Positions 37,828 to 51,333 of a stretch of 64,000 bases of DNA are shown here, piece by piece. Each line of letters starts with the position of its first letter. Position 1 is the first letter of the stretch. Origin of the DNA: Callorhinchus milii (lineage: Eukaryota); the NCBI RefSeq assembly GCF_018977255.1, contig NW_024704743.1, positions 56,484,001 through 56,548,000 of the forward strand. Direction: 5' to 3'. The notes under the pieces were generated by a model. The model was not told the DNA's origin. It saw only the letters and a program-made list of their open reading frames with translations, and made no database searches. Position numbers and translations under genes: made by a program.

Positions 37828-40800
37828 TTATAATTATGCTATCATTTCATTTTTCCAGGGATCTTATCAAACTTTATATTCCACTGGTTAGGCATTCAGT
37901 GGTCATGGCTGACTTAGATCTCTGAAGTTGTCACTTCATCATTGTTTTAATAAGAATGATAAATAGATGATGTGGGGGAATTCTTTTTAATCAGCTACTT
38001 TCATTCTGAAACCAAAATCCTAACAGGTAGGATTGTTGCAAGCAGCAGAAAACTTGCTGACAGTGGCAAGCTATATGGTTTAGTTGGTTAAACTCTCATC
38101 CATCTATATCTTTTATGCTCTGAATTTCAGAAAGCAGGGTGTGTTCCTCCATAGAGAGTAGGCATTCCATTCCAAACACAGGAAAATTTACCTAGTCGGG
38201 AAATAGAGATAGCATAAAGTATAGATAGCATAAATATGTGGAAATCTTAGTCTGGTTGAAACTATTTTTTTCCATGCTGGGATTAGAAACATCATCAGCA
38301 TTATATAATTTGTAACAGGAAAGAAAATGGAGGCAAATAAGTAATGCAATGAAAAAGCCAGGACCTCCACCTGAGTTTAATTTTCTATTAAAGACGACAG
38401 TCAACAAAATCAGGAGGTTCGCTCTGCATAAATATCTGCTGTGCAAATCCATTTCACAAGTAAATCTACCAAATATAAAAGTGTGAAGTTTGTTTGAAAG
38501 TTCAGGTTTCACAAGTGACTGATTGAAGTGTGTCAATGTAAAGGAGGAGTTAAAAGTGGTTGTTTGTTTTTGTAGTTCCAAATGAACAAGGCCTTTAATT
38601 CAAACTGGTGTTTGTGCATTGCCAGAATAGCCCTGCACTTCAGGGTGTTAAACAGGAAATCTGGAATAATTTATTCTGGCATTTGGTAACTGAATCCAGC
38701 TGGTTTTAACCGGCTGTATTGCTCAACTTGCCGGGTGAGAGCTCAGAAGCTCATGCCAGCAACACCACATCAGATGATTTATTTCGAGCCTAAGATTGAA
38801 AGACTAAGATATAAGTTTAACACTTACATTTACGTAAACAAGTACAAATATTGTTTTTGGTATTTTATTTCTCTGTATATAATACAAGTTTTCGTGAAGA
38901 TTTGTTAAAGGAGTTCATAACCTCTCAGGCTTTCATAGGGCCCCATATTTGACCAGATTTGTCATTGAATAAATACATTTCTCTGTGCAAATCAGATATG
39001 GGGAAAATATGTGATGCTGTGGTCTCCTGGTAACCAGCAGACCAACCAAGCTGTGGTTTTCTATATGATTGTATTTCAAGCAGGCATTATTTTGCCATAA
39101 TAAATACAAGCAAATAAAATCTCGAAGCTTGCTGCCGACACCCAGCAAAATAGGAGGAGATTTTAGTTTTCTTTATTCAAGTTATTAATCACCCTGTAAG
39201 GGTACTTTACCCTCAAGATTCTGTTGTTCTCTTTGCCAGGCACACCTTTCCGGCATATAGGGATATTGGAGGAGTGGGATGTAAAATCTCTTATGCTGGT
39301 CTTGGCTGGTCACCAGGTGAGAGTGGACAAGTGGAGATATGCCATTTAAAATATGCTTTATCCGCGAACTGCATACCTGAGAGTGGGAACTCAGTGCAGT
39401 TCCTGTGCTTGTGCCTCAATACTCTGTGGTGCCATGCATTGGTGCTCTACACATTATACTGGTTATAGACATTTTTTTTAAAAATTATTTTGATATAAGA
39501 ATAAGCTAAGAAACACAAGGCAGACAAGATTGCTATGTCTCCTTTCACATCTTTCAGTTTTCCCTTGCCACTAAATTTTCTTCCATTTTTTACAACATTC
39601 TCCTAATTGCTCCCTTCCGTGTTGTAGACTCACAAAAAACACCTCGTCACTCCACTTTCCTCTTTGAGTGTGCCATCTCCCCTTTTCTACTCAGCTCGGA
39701 GTCAAACTCCACCATTGTTCAGTGCTTGGAGTCCAACCCTGTGTGAAGCGTGCTAAATAAAGTTTTTGATGATGTTACATTGTGAAGCACTTTGACTTGT
39801 CCTCCCTACATGAGAGGTACTATATCAAATATAAGGATGATCAGACTGTGTGACCTCACCAAAGAACTTCTTTCTTACCATCTCTATTGATTGTGCCAGA
39901 CTTAACCTAACCTCACACACAGCATTGTTGGAAAATAAACTTGCGTTGAACCACTATGGAGTTATCGGTAATTTTTCCACATACATAAAAGCAATGAACC
40001 TACGTTCTGTGGCAGAGAAATAAAGAAGAAGGCACAAGATCAGTCCTTACTCTATGAAAGCCTGAACGAACATTATTTTAATTGTCTCTGTGTTTTTGGA
40101 GGAACTATGTCTTCAGAGGTTCCTGCTCGGTAGGGATGCAATGCCAGAGCCATGTCATATAGAGACACCTGATTTGGAGGGGGCCTCAGTGACTGTCTGT
40201 TCTGCCTCTGGCTGTGAAATTGACAGCAATCATCAGTCACTTGGCTGAGGGTTGTTCCAAGCTCCAAAGGTAGTAATGCTGGTGTTAGCCAGGGTAACAG
40301 ATAAAATCTGAATTTAGGGAATAAAGTCTTTCTGTTATTGAATCAGATTTTTAAAAAAAAATGGAATTAGATATTTTAAAAAAAGAATAATATTAAAAGG
40401 TATAAAGTGTGAGCAGAAGAGTGGAATAAACTAGGTGACTCATGTGGAGAAAAAACACCAGCACAGAATTGAAGGGCTAAATGATCTATTTCTGTGTAGC
40501 ATTCTATGATTCTAAGAACAGCTATAGTGCTTATCAAATGGAAGGATTGTTGTTATTATTAAGTCCTTGCCCTGTCAATGGAGAAGCAGGAGAAATGAGA
40601 GTGAGACCAACCTCATTAAACAGAAGTTCAATTTAAGGTATCTTGAATTTCAAGTTATCTGCAAGGCGTCACTGCAATATCACTCCAGATGGTACATTAG
40701 CCCTACTGCCATTATATCTGTACATGCCTATGAAGGGGTGACCCAAACTGTACCAACCACTGTCCATTAACAAAGGATGAGTCAGTTTAGCTGCTGACAT

Positions 40801-42147
40801 TTACAGATGAATAAGGTTAGTGTCAATTAATGTCACTCAAGCACAGACGTAAATGAAACATCATATTCTCTATTAGTTGAATGTGTTCACATTCCTATTA
40901 ACTACATCCACTGCTCATTTAGTTTTCCAGTGCAGGCACTTTCATGACAATCTATGCCCAGCTATTACATTGTTAGGAACATTTAATATCTCATCGAATC
41001 AACCATGGGGAATGACAAGTCTCTGACTGACTATATTCTGAAATTGTAAAATAAAAATCACATTACATATATATTATACCATGGTACTTCAACACCATGT
41101 CTTCATGAAAGACCCACTGATATCTCTACTAACCTGCTCCTCCATTTGTGATTAAGGGCAGCCTACTCTCCAATTCACCTTCCTGCACCACTGGTGCTGC
41201 ATTCTCTGTATCAAGTGAGTTCTCATGGGGTGGAAATATATTAAGTTGTACTGGAGCAGGTGCCTGAATGTCTGTGTTGGTGTGTGCTGACATGGCGCTT
41301 GTGTAGTATGCTGTGCAGTGCATGCTGTCACTCCAGATGGTCGGGGTTCGTTTGCGAAGAGGCAGAAGTATACATTAGAAGTGTGTGACAAGACCCTCAA
41401 CATCATGTCAGCAAATATTACCACAGGTTTACTGCAAAGTCTTAATGTTCTACATGTGGCAGAGCAAATGTGGGAGTAGGATTTCGATATTGTCTGACAT
41501 TTTACATTCTGCAGGGTCTGAACGTGCAAACACTGACTGGTACCAGATTCAACAATTCTGAAAGTGGCCTCTGCAACTGCAACCATCATTTCTAAATCTG
41601 AGCGGTTGGAGACTTCGCCATTGTCAGGGTTCTTCCTCTGTCTTAGTTATTAAACACAGCCGTTTTCATTGTTTCCTTCACATCAACTCATCATTCCTGA
41701 TCATGTGGCAGGCTACCTTATTTCTGTAGATTACATTCTGCAGCTTCACAGGCAAATCTTCTTGTTGTGGGTTTGGGTGGATTCAGCCCTGTGTTAAATC
41801 TGGCTGCACTTAGTGTCATTGTCATTTCTACCTCTGCTTGGTGTCTGAGATTGTTTAGTTGTGTCTCTTCCGATCAGCTATGAGAGCTGTATTATGGCTC
41901 CAAAACATACTGGATTCAAGCATCTCTTTTCATTCTTATTGATGTTTTCACCAGTAATCGTTGTTGTACTACCTGAATGAATGTCTTAGCTTACTACCAC
42001 CACCAGTGAAACAAAACCATGGAGAGATGAAAGCTGTGAGCAATCAACATGGCAATGGTTGTGTGAGGTTCACCATTAAAAATCTGTCTAACAAGCATCA
42101 ATTCAAAACCAGGACCCATTATTACCAATGCTTCTATTGATAGATTT

Positions 42148-42508
42148 TTGTAGCTCAGTGGTTAGAGCACTCACTCCACAAGCAAGAGACATGGATTCAA
42201 TTTGTGGCAGAGCGAAACGTTGGCCAAGTTTCTTTACTCCACACACCTCTGTTTACCTAGCATTAAGTAGGAACCCAATTGTTAGTCGATTGTCGGATCA
42301 TTTTTCTGGGGGTAATAATTCCTTCAAAAAAATATCAATTGATCACTCAATCCACGACTGATTGTGGGACACTGCTGTCTGCAATTAGCTACCAAGATTC
42401 GCCCACAAAATATCCAGTCAATTCACTTCACAGTATATTCTGTGAAGCGCTTTGAGACATATCGAAGATGTGATAAGGTACTATATCGAATGCAAGGATT
42501 ATTATTAT
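42148..42508 (+). mobile_element. tRNA-Ala-headed SINE (long subtype)
   Basis: head, CORE-like segment, Deu 3' part, (TTA)n tail. Confidence 0.88.
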
Positions 42509-44454
42509 TTCAATCTCTTTCTGCAATGTATAGGTGAATGAGTGCAATGGGCTTCACAGAGCCAGCAAAGACCCGGCCCAATTTGAACAAAGTGGACGAT
42601 AGTTCTCATGGATTGAAATGACTGCCTCTGACACTCGACTAAGAGTGTACTGTGCTGTAAAATAGACAAAGCTTGGAGTTTGAATTATATCCAATAATTC
42701 ATTATTGATAGGTTACCTCATTTCTCAAAAGGAAAATCGCTTGAGAACAATAACACGAGAAGGCAAAGGTGCTGTGGTGGCAATGATTGCAGCTAATAGC
42801 ACAGAAATACATGTTAGGCAAGCTGTGAAATTAGATACTGAGCAGGTCCATTGCTTCAGGTTGTAGATGTTTGAATTGCTTTCTCTCTGTGCTTCCAAAA
42901 GCCAACATGAAATACGTTACATCAGGCATCACGTAAATAACTGGCGAAACTCTCAAAGAAACCCCAGATGGCTGAGGCGTGAATTAATTTATAGGATTAC
43001 CCTATTGACAAGACAGCAAAAGCACTCACAAACCAGAAAATTAATGAAACTTCAGCAGCATGTCATAACAATGGCTTGTTCTGGGCTGAACACCATTTGT
43101 GGTCTAAGCACAAGAGAAAGATTTCTCCCACTGACTTGGAGGCACATATAGTGTGCAGAGTCATTAATTCTAGTGCTACATCAAAATGGTTATTTAGCAC
43201 CATTTCAGGCAATACATGGTTCCCTTAAAGAGACAGAATCTTATGATTTAGATGCAATATTTCTAGAAAAAAGGTAAAACAAGGGGGAAAATAAACTGGT
43301 TGATCAAACCAACTGCTTGTTGTCAGTAAATGATCTTCAAAGGGATTCATTCCTGTTGTTTTCTACACCAAAATGCTTCCTAAATGTCAACAGGTTTATG
43401 ATCTTACAATAAATAACCAAGTATCTTGTAACTCATTTTTGTCCTACGGATATCAGTATGCATTGAATATCCAGAAGGCAATACCTTTATAAAGTAATTT
43501 GAAACACCTGCAGTAGTGTTCTCACTTTAGCTTACATTTCTCCTTTTATACAGGTGGATGCACCTCCACTTTTACAATCTTTCCAATTCTATTTAATATT
43601 GGAGTCAAATAGCTATATTACAACTACAAACAATATTTATATAGCGCCTTTCATGAAGGATAACATCTCGGAGCACTGAATATATTATAGTTCAGTATAG
43701 CATCATAGAAAATGTGCATCCATTTGTCATATCATGTGTGAACATAGTTTTTTAAACTTGAATGAAGATGGTCAGCAATAGCAATGAATGGGCTTGTCTG
43801 CTGGAGTTGCTCTAAGATGGGACCAATTTCCCTGTTCCGCAGTCATGGAGAATAACTCCTGTTTGAGGCTGTGCAATGGAATTGTGGAAAGGAGCAGAAA
43901 AATCAAGGTAGTCATTCAAATAGCGATTGAAATTGTGATCAAATAGTGTCAGGAAATTGAAGATAGGAAGCTGATCAATGAATCAGACCTGTGGACTTCC
44001 ACATTCAATTCCACAAAAACATATAGGCACTGGCCAATTATTAGTTGTTATAACTTGGAGAGCAGGTTTGCTTATAGTCACTCAAAAAACAAAGTGAACT
44101 TTTCTGTTAGAAGCAGTCATGAATCTGAAGTTCACATCGGGAGGACAACCCAAAGCGCTTTACACTGCTGGCTGGGCACCTGAGCTGGGGGTGGGAGTCA
44201 AGGGGAGTGGGGAGGGGAAAGATAACCGAAGAGGTATATCTTGAGCTGGATCTTGAACAATGTGAGGAAGGGAGTGATATTTTTTGGAATTGCAATAAAA
44301 TGAAAGGTTAAAAGTTTTGGAGGATTTGTGCCTGGACTTTCCAATTGGTAAAAGTTAGTTTGATAAAATGAGGAGAAAAATAGATAATTTCCAATGTTAT
44401 CAATGAGAAGATTCAAATTCCAGCAGCAGCTCTGGTCAAACTCCTACACACTAA

Positions 44455-45060
44455 AAAATGTAGTCACTCAATCTATGACTGTTTGTAGGACACTGCTGTG
44501 GCAATTGGCTGCCATGTTTTGCCCACAAAATACAGTCAATTCATGTTACAATACATTTTGTGAAGCATTTTGAGATGTCTCAACAACGTGATAAGGCGAT
44601 ATATCAAATGCAATTATTATTATTATAAACAGTCCAATTACAATGTATCAGGATGTGATTTTTCAGAAGGAAATACTGAAACTTTCTCCTTTTCAGAACT
44701 TTCTCTTTCAAGGACTTCTGTAACACTTTTAGAGAAGGCATTATTCTTCAGGTACAATATCAAATTTAAAATCTGGTACTATAATAATAATAATAATCCT
44801 TACATTTGCTGTAGTGCTTTTCACGTCTTCTAAAGCACTTCACAGAATATATTGTGAAATGAATTGACTGTACGTTTGTGGGCGAAATGCGGCAGCCAAT
44901 TGCACACAGCAGTGCCCCACAAGCCGTCATGGATTGAATGACCAAATAAGGGATTATTACTCCGGGAAAGTGAACTGCGAATCGACTAACCACCAGGTTC
45001 CTACTTAGTGCTAGGTAAACAGAGACGTGTGGAGTAAGGAAACTTGACCAACGTTTTGCC
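44455..45060. mobile_element. Tail-to-tail SINE pair (44455-44625 +, 44780-45060 -)
   Basis: same SINE 3' sequence in opposite orientations. Confidence 0.8.
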
Positions 45061-47819
45061 GTGCGGTGGTGGTGGGTTTGGGTGTGGGGTAGTGAGGAAG
45101 TGAAGGGATGATGAGCTGTTGAATCACACAGAATAAGGCAATTCGGCCCGTCGTGCCTGTGCTGTGAAAGTACTCCCATCACCCTGAAGACAGATGTCCA
45201 TCGAATATCTGATAAGGCATTACTTAGAGTCTGGGGTTGTGAGCACACCTCACACAGAGACCCTCCCTCATCTCCCAACCCCCTTTCCAGGCTGGGAGGG
45301 CAGGGTGTGTGTGGCACAGGGGAAAGTGCTGGTGGCTGTGGCCCAGGTGCGGACCAGCCTGTGGGGTTGAAGCGCACGTCAAGTGGAGCAGATATTACAT
45401 GCGCACAGCTTGTCTTATTAATAATTACTTATTACAGTTCGGCTTATTAGAAGTACTGACTTTTAACAGAGAAAAAAAATCTTTTTCAGCATCTACTGGC
45501 CTGTCTACTGTCCTATAATAACTTATGGGTCACATCATTCCAGCAAAGGCACTTTCTATTCGTTTGGAGGCAGTTTTGTCAAGGGAGATTTGCCTAGTCT
45601 TCAATCAAATGAGTATCAGAATTGATACAAGAATTTGGATGATAGAGAAATTATCTGATGTATTACTTATAAGGAGGGATATCTTTTGACCAAGTAAGGA
45701 CCTTGAACCAAGGTTGATTTCTTCCTCTTTACCAGCAGAGCATTTTGATCCAGACTCATTGTTAAACAAAATAAGTCTATAATTATGTAAGTTCACATAA
45801 TTTGAATAAACCAATTGAATGTTGGCAGATATTATTGGGTGCTGCTTGGCAAGAACCAAGGCTTGGGGACTCCAGAACATGTCTGGGGCTAATATTAAAG
45901 TTTAACAGTGTTACAGAAGTCTTGGCTGCTTGTCCAGTTAGGATCAGCCTATCTGTTCGGGCTTTGGTTTACAAGAGCCAAATGTGAGGAATCCCTACCC
46001 AACCAAGTTCTGCCAATGAGCTAGGCTGGCTCGTCTGTTATGAACAGTATCCTGGAGATCTGTGGATCTGCTTAGCTCAGCATCTGAGACCACCACAGAA
46101 GATGACTCAACTCTGACTCTCCATTGCCAGGTCACCTTGGAATGAGGTCAACTCCAAGGAGACCCCACTTAGCACCAGTTCTCCCCCTCCCCCCCTACCC
46201 CCAAAATGAAGTGTTGACAAACAATCCACCAGGTGAATTCACTCCATGGCTGCTTGTGAAATGTTGCAGTGTGCCAAATCATTGAAAAATTTCCCTATAA
46301 ATGCCTAGTCACTGCAATTGACAGCAATTTTTTGTGAAGAGTTTTGAGGCATTTCAATGTTATAGGCACTATATCAAATGAAAGGATTATTATATTGTTA
46401 AGAGTTGACAAGCAATTGGATCGGCATGGAATTATTTGATCCTTGAGACTTGTGTGGCTATGGACCACGTATCAACTGATCTTTTGACCAGGGTATGGCT
46501 GGCTCAGCCTATATGTTTTGACTATTCATTGGTTCTGAAATATTCCATTTGATCAAATAGAAATTGTGACAACAACAGGAAATACAAGAAATGTTAGAAC
46601 CTTTGTAGATTAATTTGCAGTGAACATTGAATACCCCACAAAAGGTCCAACAGTCTTGCAGCAGAGCTCCAGTTCAATTCACCAGTCTAATACATGAACA
46701 TCTGTAACTGGTCAATATCTTCCCAATGAATTGGGCCATAGAGTCTCAATTGAAATTGTACAGGAAATATATCCAGATGGGTAAATCTCATCATATTCCT
46801 TTCCAGACCCAAATGAGGTGATGTAGTTTGGAAATCTTACATATAGCAAAAAAAATATTTCAAATCAGTATCATGTCACAAGGGGTGTCTCAGCTGGGAA
46901 ATGCGACATGGCACAATAAATGCTAGAGCACCATCAATCAACCTTGTTATCATCTATATTACTTGTCCTGTATCTGTCTGTCTTGCAAAAGCCAGTCGGA
47001 CCAAAGATCATCCTTTCAAGCAAGAAAATGCTTAGTTTATTGGACAGGCTTGTGAATGCTGACAATAGATTAAGATATTGTGCTTAACTTTAAATGAGCA
47101 GGTAAGGTAATGGGATTAATGCTCCTCCTGCATTTTATACTCACCAATACGAAATGTTTTAAATGTTTCTATTCATCATATTATTAAAACCTGCAACTCA
47201 GTAGGTAACTTTGGCATCAAATTAATTATATTTTAATTGCAAGTTTTATTGATCTCTGATTTCTGTTTATGGGGATGTGTTCCATACAAAATAGCAGATT
47301 GCTACATTTGAGCTACGCAATTTATCACCAAATTCATCACCATATATTCATCTATCTCGTTTTATAATGGTAACACTATATGTATAGATTTGGAAAGTAC
47401 AGCAGAGATAAAGGCCATTCAGTCATTGAACCTATGTTGGCACTAGCACTTCCACTGGAGCTATATACTGAGAAAACTTGCAATATATTGCAATGGTAAT
47501 AAACTGATAAGGAGATTAATAAAAGCACTCAGATCAAAGATCTATTAATTTTGACAACCTATTGAATTTGCAAGATTCATTATCCTACCAACACTTTCTC
47601 AGAATAGAATCTCCAGGTGGAAAGGAAGGATCCCTGTTATTCACAAGACACACATATTTCTGAGAGTTGATCTTGCTTTGTTTGAAAGCCATGACTGTTG
47701 ATTGTTGAAAGGTACACACTGAAAAGTTGCAGACAGTTCCTTACCACAACAACAACGTCAACTGTTATGCATAAATGGTTTATCTTGCAGGTTCCAATTA
47801 GTCTTTTATTCTATTATTC

Positions 47820-48040
47820 AACAACAACTTGCTTGGAGTGCTTGAAATTGTCAAGCAAGAGAGAAGGGGAAGGGGGTGGTGACCCTCAATGTGGTAGGTT
47901 GTAAGGTGCAATTTGAAGATAGAAAAAGAGGGGATGTGGCGGAAGGATAGAAGCAGGGTGTTCCACAGGTTAGTGACAGAGTGACATAGTAGCAAAGGCT
48001 TGGCCATGGATGGTGGTGTGGAGGGGACAGGGGACGCACA
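47820..48040 (-). mobile_element. L2 LINE 3' end
   Basis: NLWNTL..FSIFKLHLTTY and tail. Confidence 0.7.
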
Positions 48041-48599
48041 GCATGCGTATGTTAGGCTTGTGCATCTTTCTGTGTTCTTTTCTTATGTGCTGTTGAGAAC
48101 TGAATGCGGCATTAAACTGTGGGAAAGTATTGAAATTGTAGGGTTTCTTTTCTGAATGTTGAATCAATATTTTATAGCTGGTTATTGTTTGCACTTGAAT
48201 TCTATATTTTCAAAAAACTTCAAGCTGGATTCCATACAACCCATGGATCCTAAATTGTAATCTTTATGCTTTCCAAAAAAGGATTGACGTATGCAGGGTA
48301 TTATTGAGGAGAGACTGAAATTGTCCCTCGGCAGGACACACTAAAAGGCATTTTCTTTTGGTTAAATAAATCTCTTGAAGATCTGAGACTACAGTGTGTA
48401 AAAAGGCCAGAGCCATCTGTCTTTACATTATCTACCACATGTCTGTCATTTTTCATTGTTCTAGTAAAGGATAAAAAAAATCCCCAGAACAATAAAAGTT
48501 TTAAGGATGACATTTACTGTAGGGCAAACAACAAGTAACAAACACATTAAGCAATCTTTGACATCCACCATGCTATTCAATGTTGACCTACCCCCAGAA

Positions 48600-48618
48600 A
48601 TGTGCCATCTAGTGGTCA
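48600..48618 (-). promoter_or_regulatory. CTCF-type core motif
   Basis: minus strand TGACCACTAGATGGCACAT resembles CTCF consensus TGGCCACCAGGGGGCGCTA. Confidence 0.5.
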
Positions 48619-49363
48619 AAATAAAGATTATTGCATACTTCCTTAGTGCTATAGTTTCATTATTTCTTTACATTTAAACTATATTGATTATCCTTTTTGT
48701 CAGCACGATGCTCTATTATTAGTGCTTAATTATATTAATGCACAAAGTTATTAATGCTGCTATCAAGACTTAAAATAAAATTATTTGGGATCAGTTGTTA
48801 AGGCTCAGATTATTCGATCAATTTGGTTCATTAAATCAATAAGGCAAAAACAAGAAGGTGGCTGTTTTGTATTCAATCTACCTACAGCCATTTAATACTT
48901 CAATCCGAAAATTTCTAAAATATCGGAATATGCAAGATCAGAAAAGATTATTATAAACTGCCAGGCCCATTCTTATTTTCAAATTATTCTCTCTCTTTCT
49001 CTCCCACTCAGACATACACATATCCCTGAATGTCTTTTGTCATTATTAATCTTTCTAATTCCTTCTTGAAACCATTCACACTCATCTAACTCCCTGACCT
49101 GCTTTCATGGTCAAACTATTCCCCACACTCGCAAGCAGTTGAATTCTAAACCTTCTTTCTGCTCACCTTCCTCTCTCTGAGTAAAATGATGTCAAGGGAG
49201 ATAATGAATCTGAACGTCTGTATAATTCAGACACCTTGTTCAATTGTGAACATACATGAGAAATGATGCAACATCTTCATCAGACGCTGTGAGATAGAGA
49301 GCATGTTCAGCAACTCAGCAGCCTTGTGACTCTGATCCATTGCTGAGCTGTTTGAATCAATTG

Positions 49364-49718
49364 GAGTCCTGTATCTCAGTGGTTAGAGCACTTGCCTTAC
49401 AACTGAGGGACCTGGGTTCGATTGCCAGAAGGGCGAAACGTTAGGCAAGTTTCCTTACTCCACACACCTCTGTTTACCTAGCAGTAAGTAGGAACCTGGT
49501 TATTAGTCGATCAGTGGATCACTTTTCCTTCAAAGAAAATAATAATAATTTGGTCACTTATTCCATGACTGTTTGTGGGACACTGCTGTGCGCAATTGAC
49601 TGCCACATTTTTCCCACAAATATACAGTCAATTCACTTTACAGTATATTCTGTGAAATGTTTTGAGACGTCTAGAAGACATGATAAGGTGCTATATCAAA
49701 TGCAAGGATTATTTATTA
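49364..49718 (+). mobile_element. tRNA-Ala-headed SINE (long subtype)
   Basis: ggagtcctgtatctcagtggttagagcac.. to ..aaatgcaaggattatt. Confidence 0.88.
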
Positions 49719-50477
49719 TAATTGAAAAATCATTTTAAGTTATGCTTTTTTGCTCTTACATAGTCAGGCATGACATTGTGCATAGCTTAGTTAGTGGACC
49801 CTCTGCTGTATTATTTGTTTAAATAAGAAAATATCCATAAAGTTTGGAGTGGCAGTTAAAAAGCATAATAATTTTACTGAATACTAATTTTACTCTTTCT
49901 TGCATTGAGATAGAGATTGGTATAACCAGAGTACTAACTTTCTACTAAGTGTATATTGCAATGTGAAACGTTCTTAGATATATTGAGTGCACATTCCTTA
50001 TGGAAGAATTTAGGAATCATAGGGTGAAAACTGTGATGAATTTTTCATTCCTGTTATTCCATTTGACAAAATTACCTTTTTTTGTTTGAGTCTTTCAAAT
50101 CTTTGAGTTAAAATGTAATTTTAAATATTGAGATAGTAGATTACCTGGGCTACCCTGATGGCTGATGACCATGCTTAAGAGTCCAAACCAGACAGAATTC
50201 CATACATGCCACATACATATGGAAATTTCCATACCTGAATGGTAGGTACATTGTATTGTGTAATACTGACTCATACTGACCAGGAAAGGTCTTTGATCTG
50301 AGCTGAGGTAGCTGCTCTACTTGGGGCAATGAAGGGGCCAAGCTACAATTAGCTTTCAATCTATGAAGCAGAATAACTTTCCTTTGTCCTTGTTCTCAGA
50401 AAGGGGAAGGTGAACAGACAGTTTTCATGAACTGGTGACCCCTGCAAAAAAGTGAATGTGTGTGGAAATCAAGTAAA

Positions 50478-51333
50478 GATAATAATTCTTGCATTTGATG
50501 TAGCACCTTTTCACATTGTCAAAATATCTCAAAGCACCTCACAGAATTTTATTGTAAAGTGTAGTGACTGTGCTTTTGAACGTGACAGCCAATTTGTGCA
50601 CAGCCAATGTCTCATAAACAGCCATGATATGAATGAACGATTTTATGTGCAGGATTGTTGACCAGGACACCTAGAGAAACTCCCTTCTCATTTCAAATAG
50701 TGTCATGTCTTTAATGTCCACATCACCAGGTAGTCTAGACTATAGTTTAATGTTCCATCCTAAGGATGACACCTCTGACAAATCAACGCTCCTTTGGAAT
50801 TGCATTGGCATATCAGCCTAAACCATGAGCTCAAAGTCCCAACATGGGGCATGAACCCACAACTTTCTGACTTTTTTTTTGGTCTGCAGGGTGTCTGACA
50901 CATGTGGAAACCCATCACCGTGCTTGAGAGACCAAACCAGACTGAGTTCCACACATGCCACCTAAATATAGAAATTCCCATGTCTGGAATGGAATACACA
51001 TTTTTTCTCCAGAGGGATACATCCTGTTTACCTAATTCCAGAGAGTATTAGGTGCAGTTTGGGAAGATCCAGTGCTTGAGGATCCCAGAGCATACACTGG
51101 GGTATGCCAGGCTGGTTGATCTGTCATCAGTATTGTGGACCCGACTGGCTCAGGTGCTGGACTAACAAGATTGTCACAGAGGATTGATTCGATCACAGCA
51201 TCCCATTGCCAAGCATGTCACCTTGGAAGCAATTCAACTCCTACATGACCCCTGCTTACCTCTCCCCCAAGTAGAATAGTTAACCTTTTGGCTCAGAGGT
51301 AAGAGTGCTTCCAGCTGAGCCGGACTGACACCT
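50478..51333 (-). mobile_element. DeuSINE interrupted by a ~410-bp poly(A) insertion
   Basis: body 50478-50871; head resumes 51282-51333. Confidence 0.75.

Noticed and set aside
40080..40310. Possible LF-SINE-like fragment
   Set aside because: Only a short fuzzy motif match by eye; not supportable without an HMM search
41129..41900. 145-aa minus-strand ORF in coding-like sequence
   Set aside because: No identifiable motif; may be a decayed element but I cannot support a call without a search
44766..45377. 203-aa ORF
   Set aside because: Reads through a SINE; the same pseudo-peptide (..IKCKDYYYY) recurs in many SINE-derived ORFs
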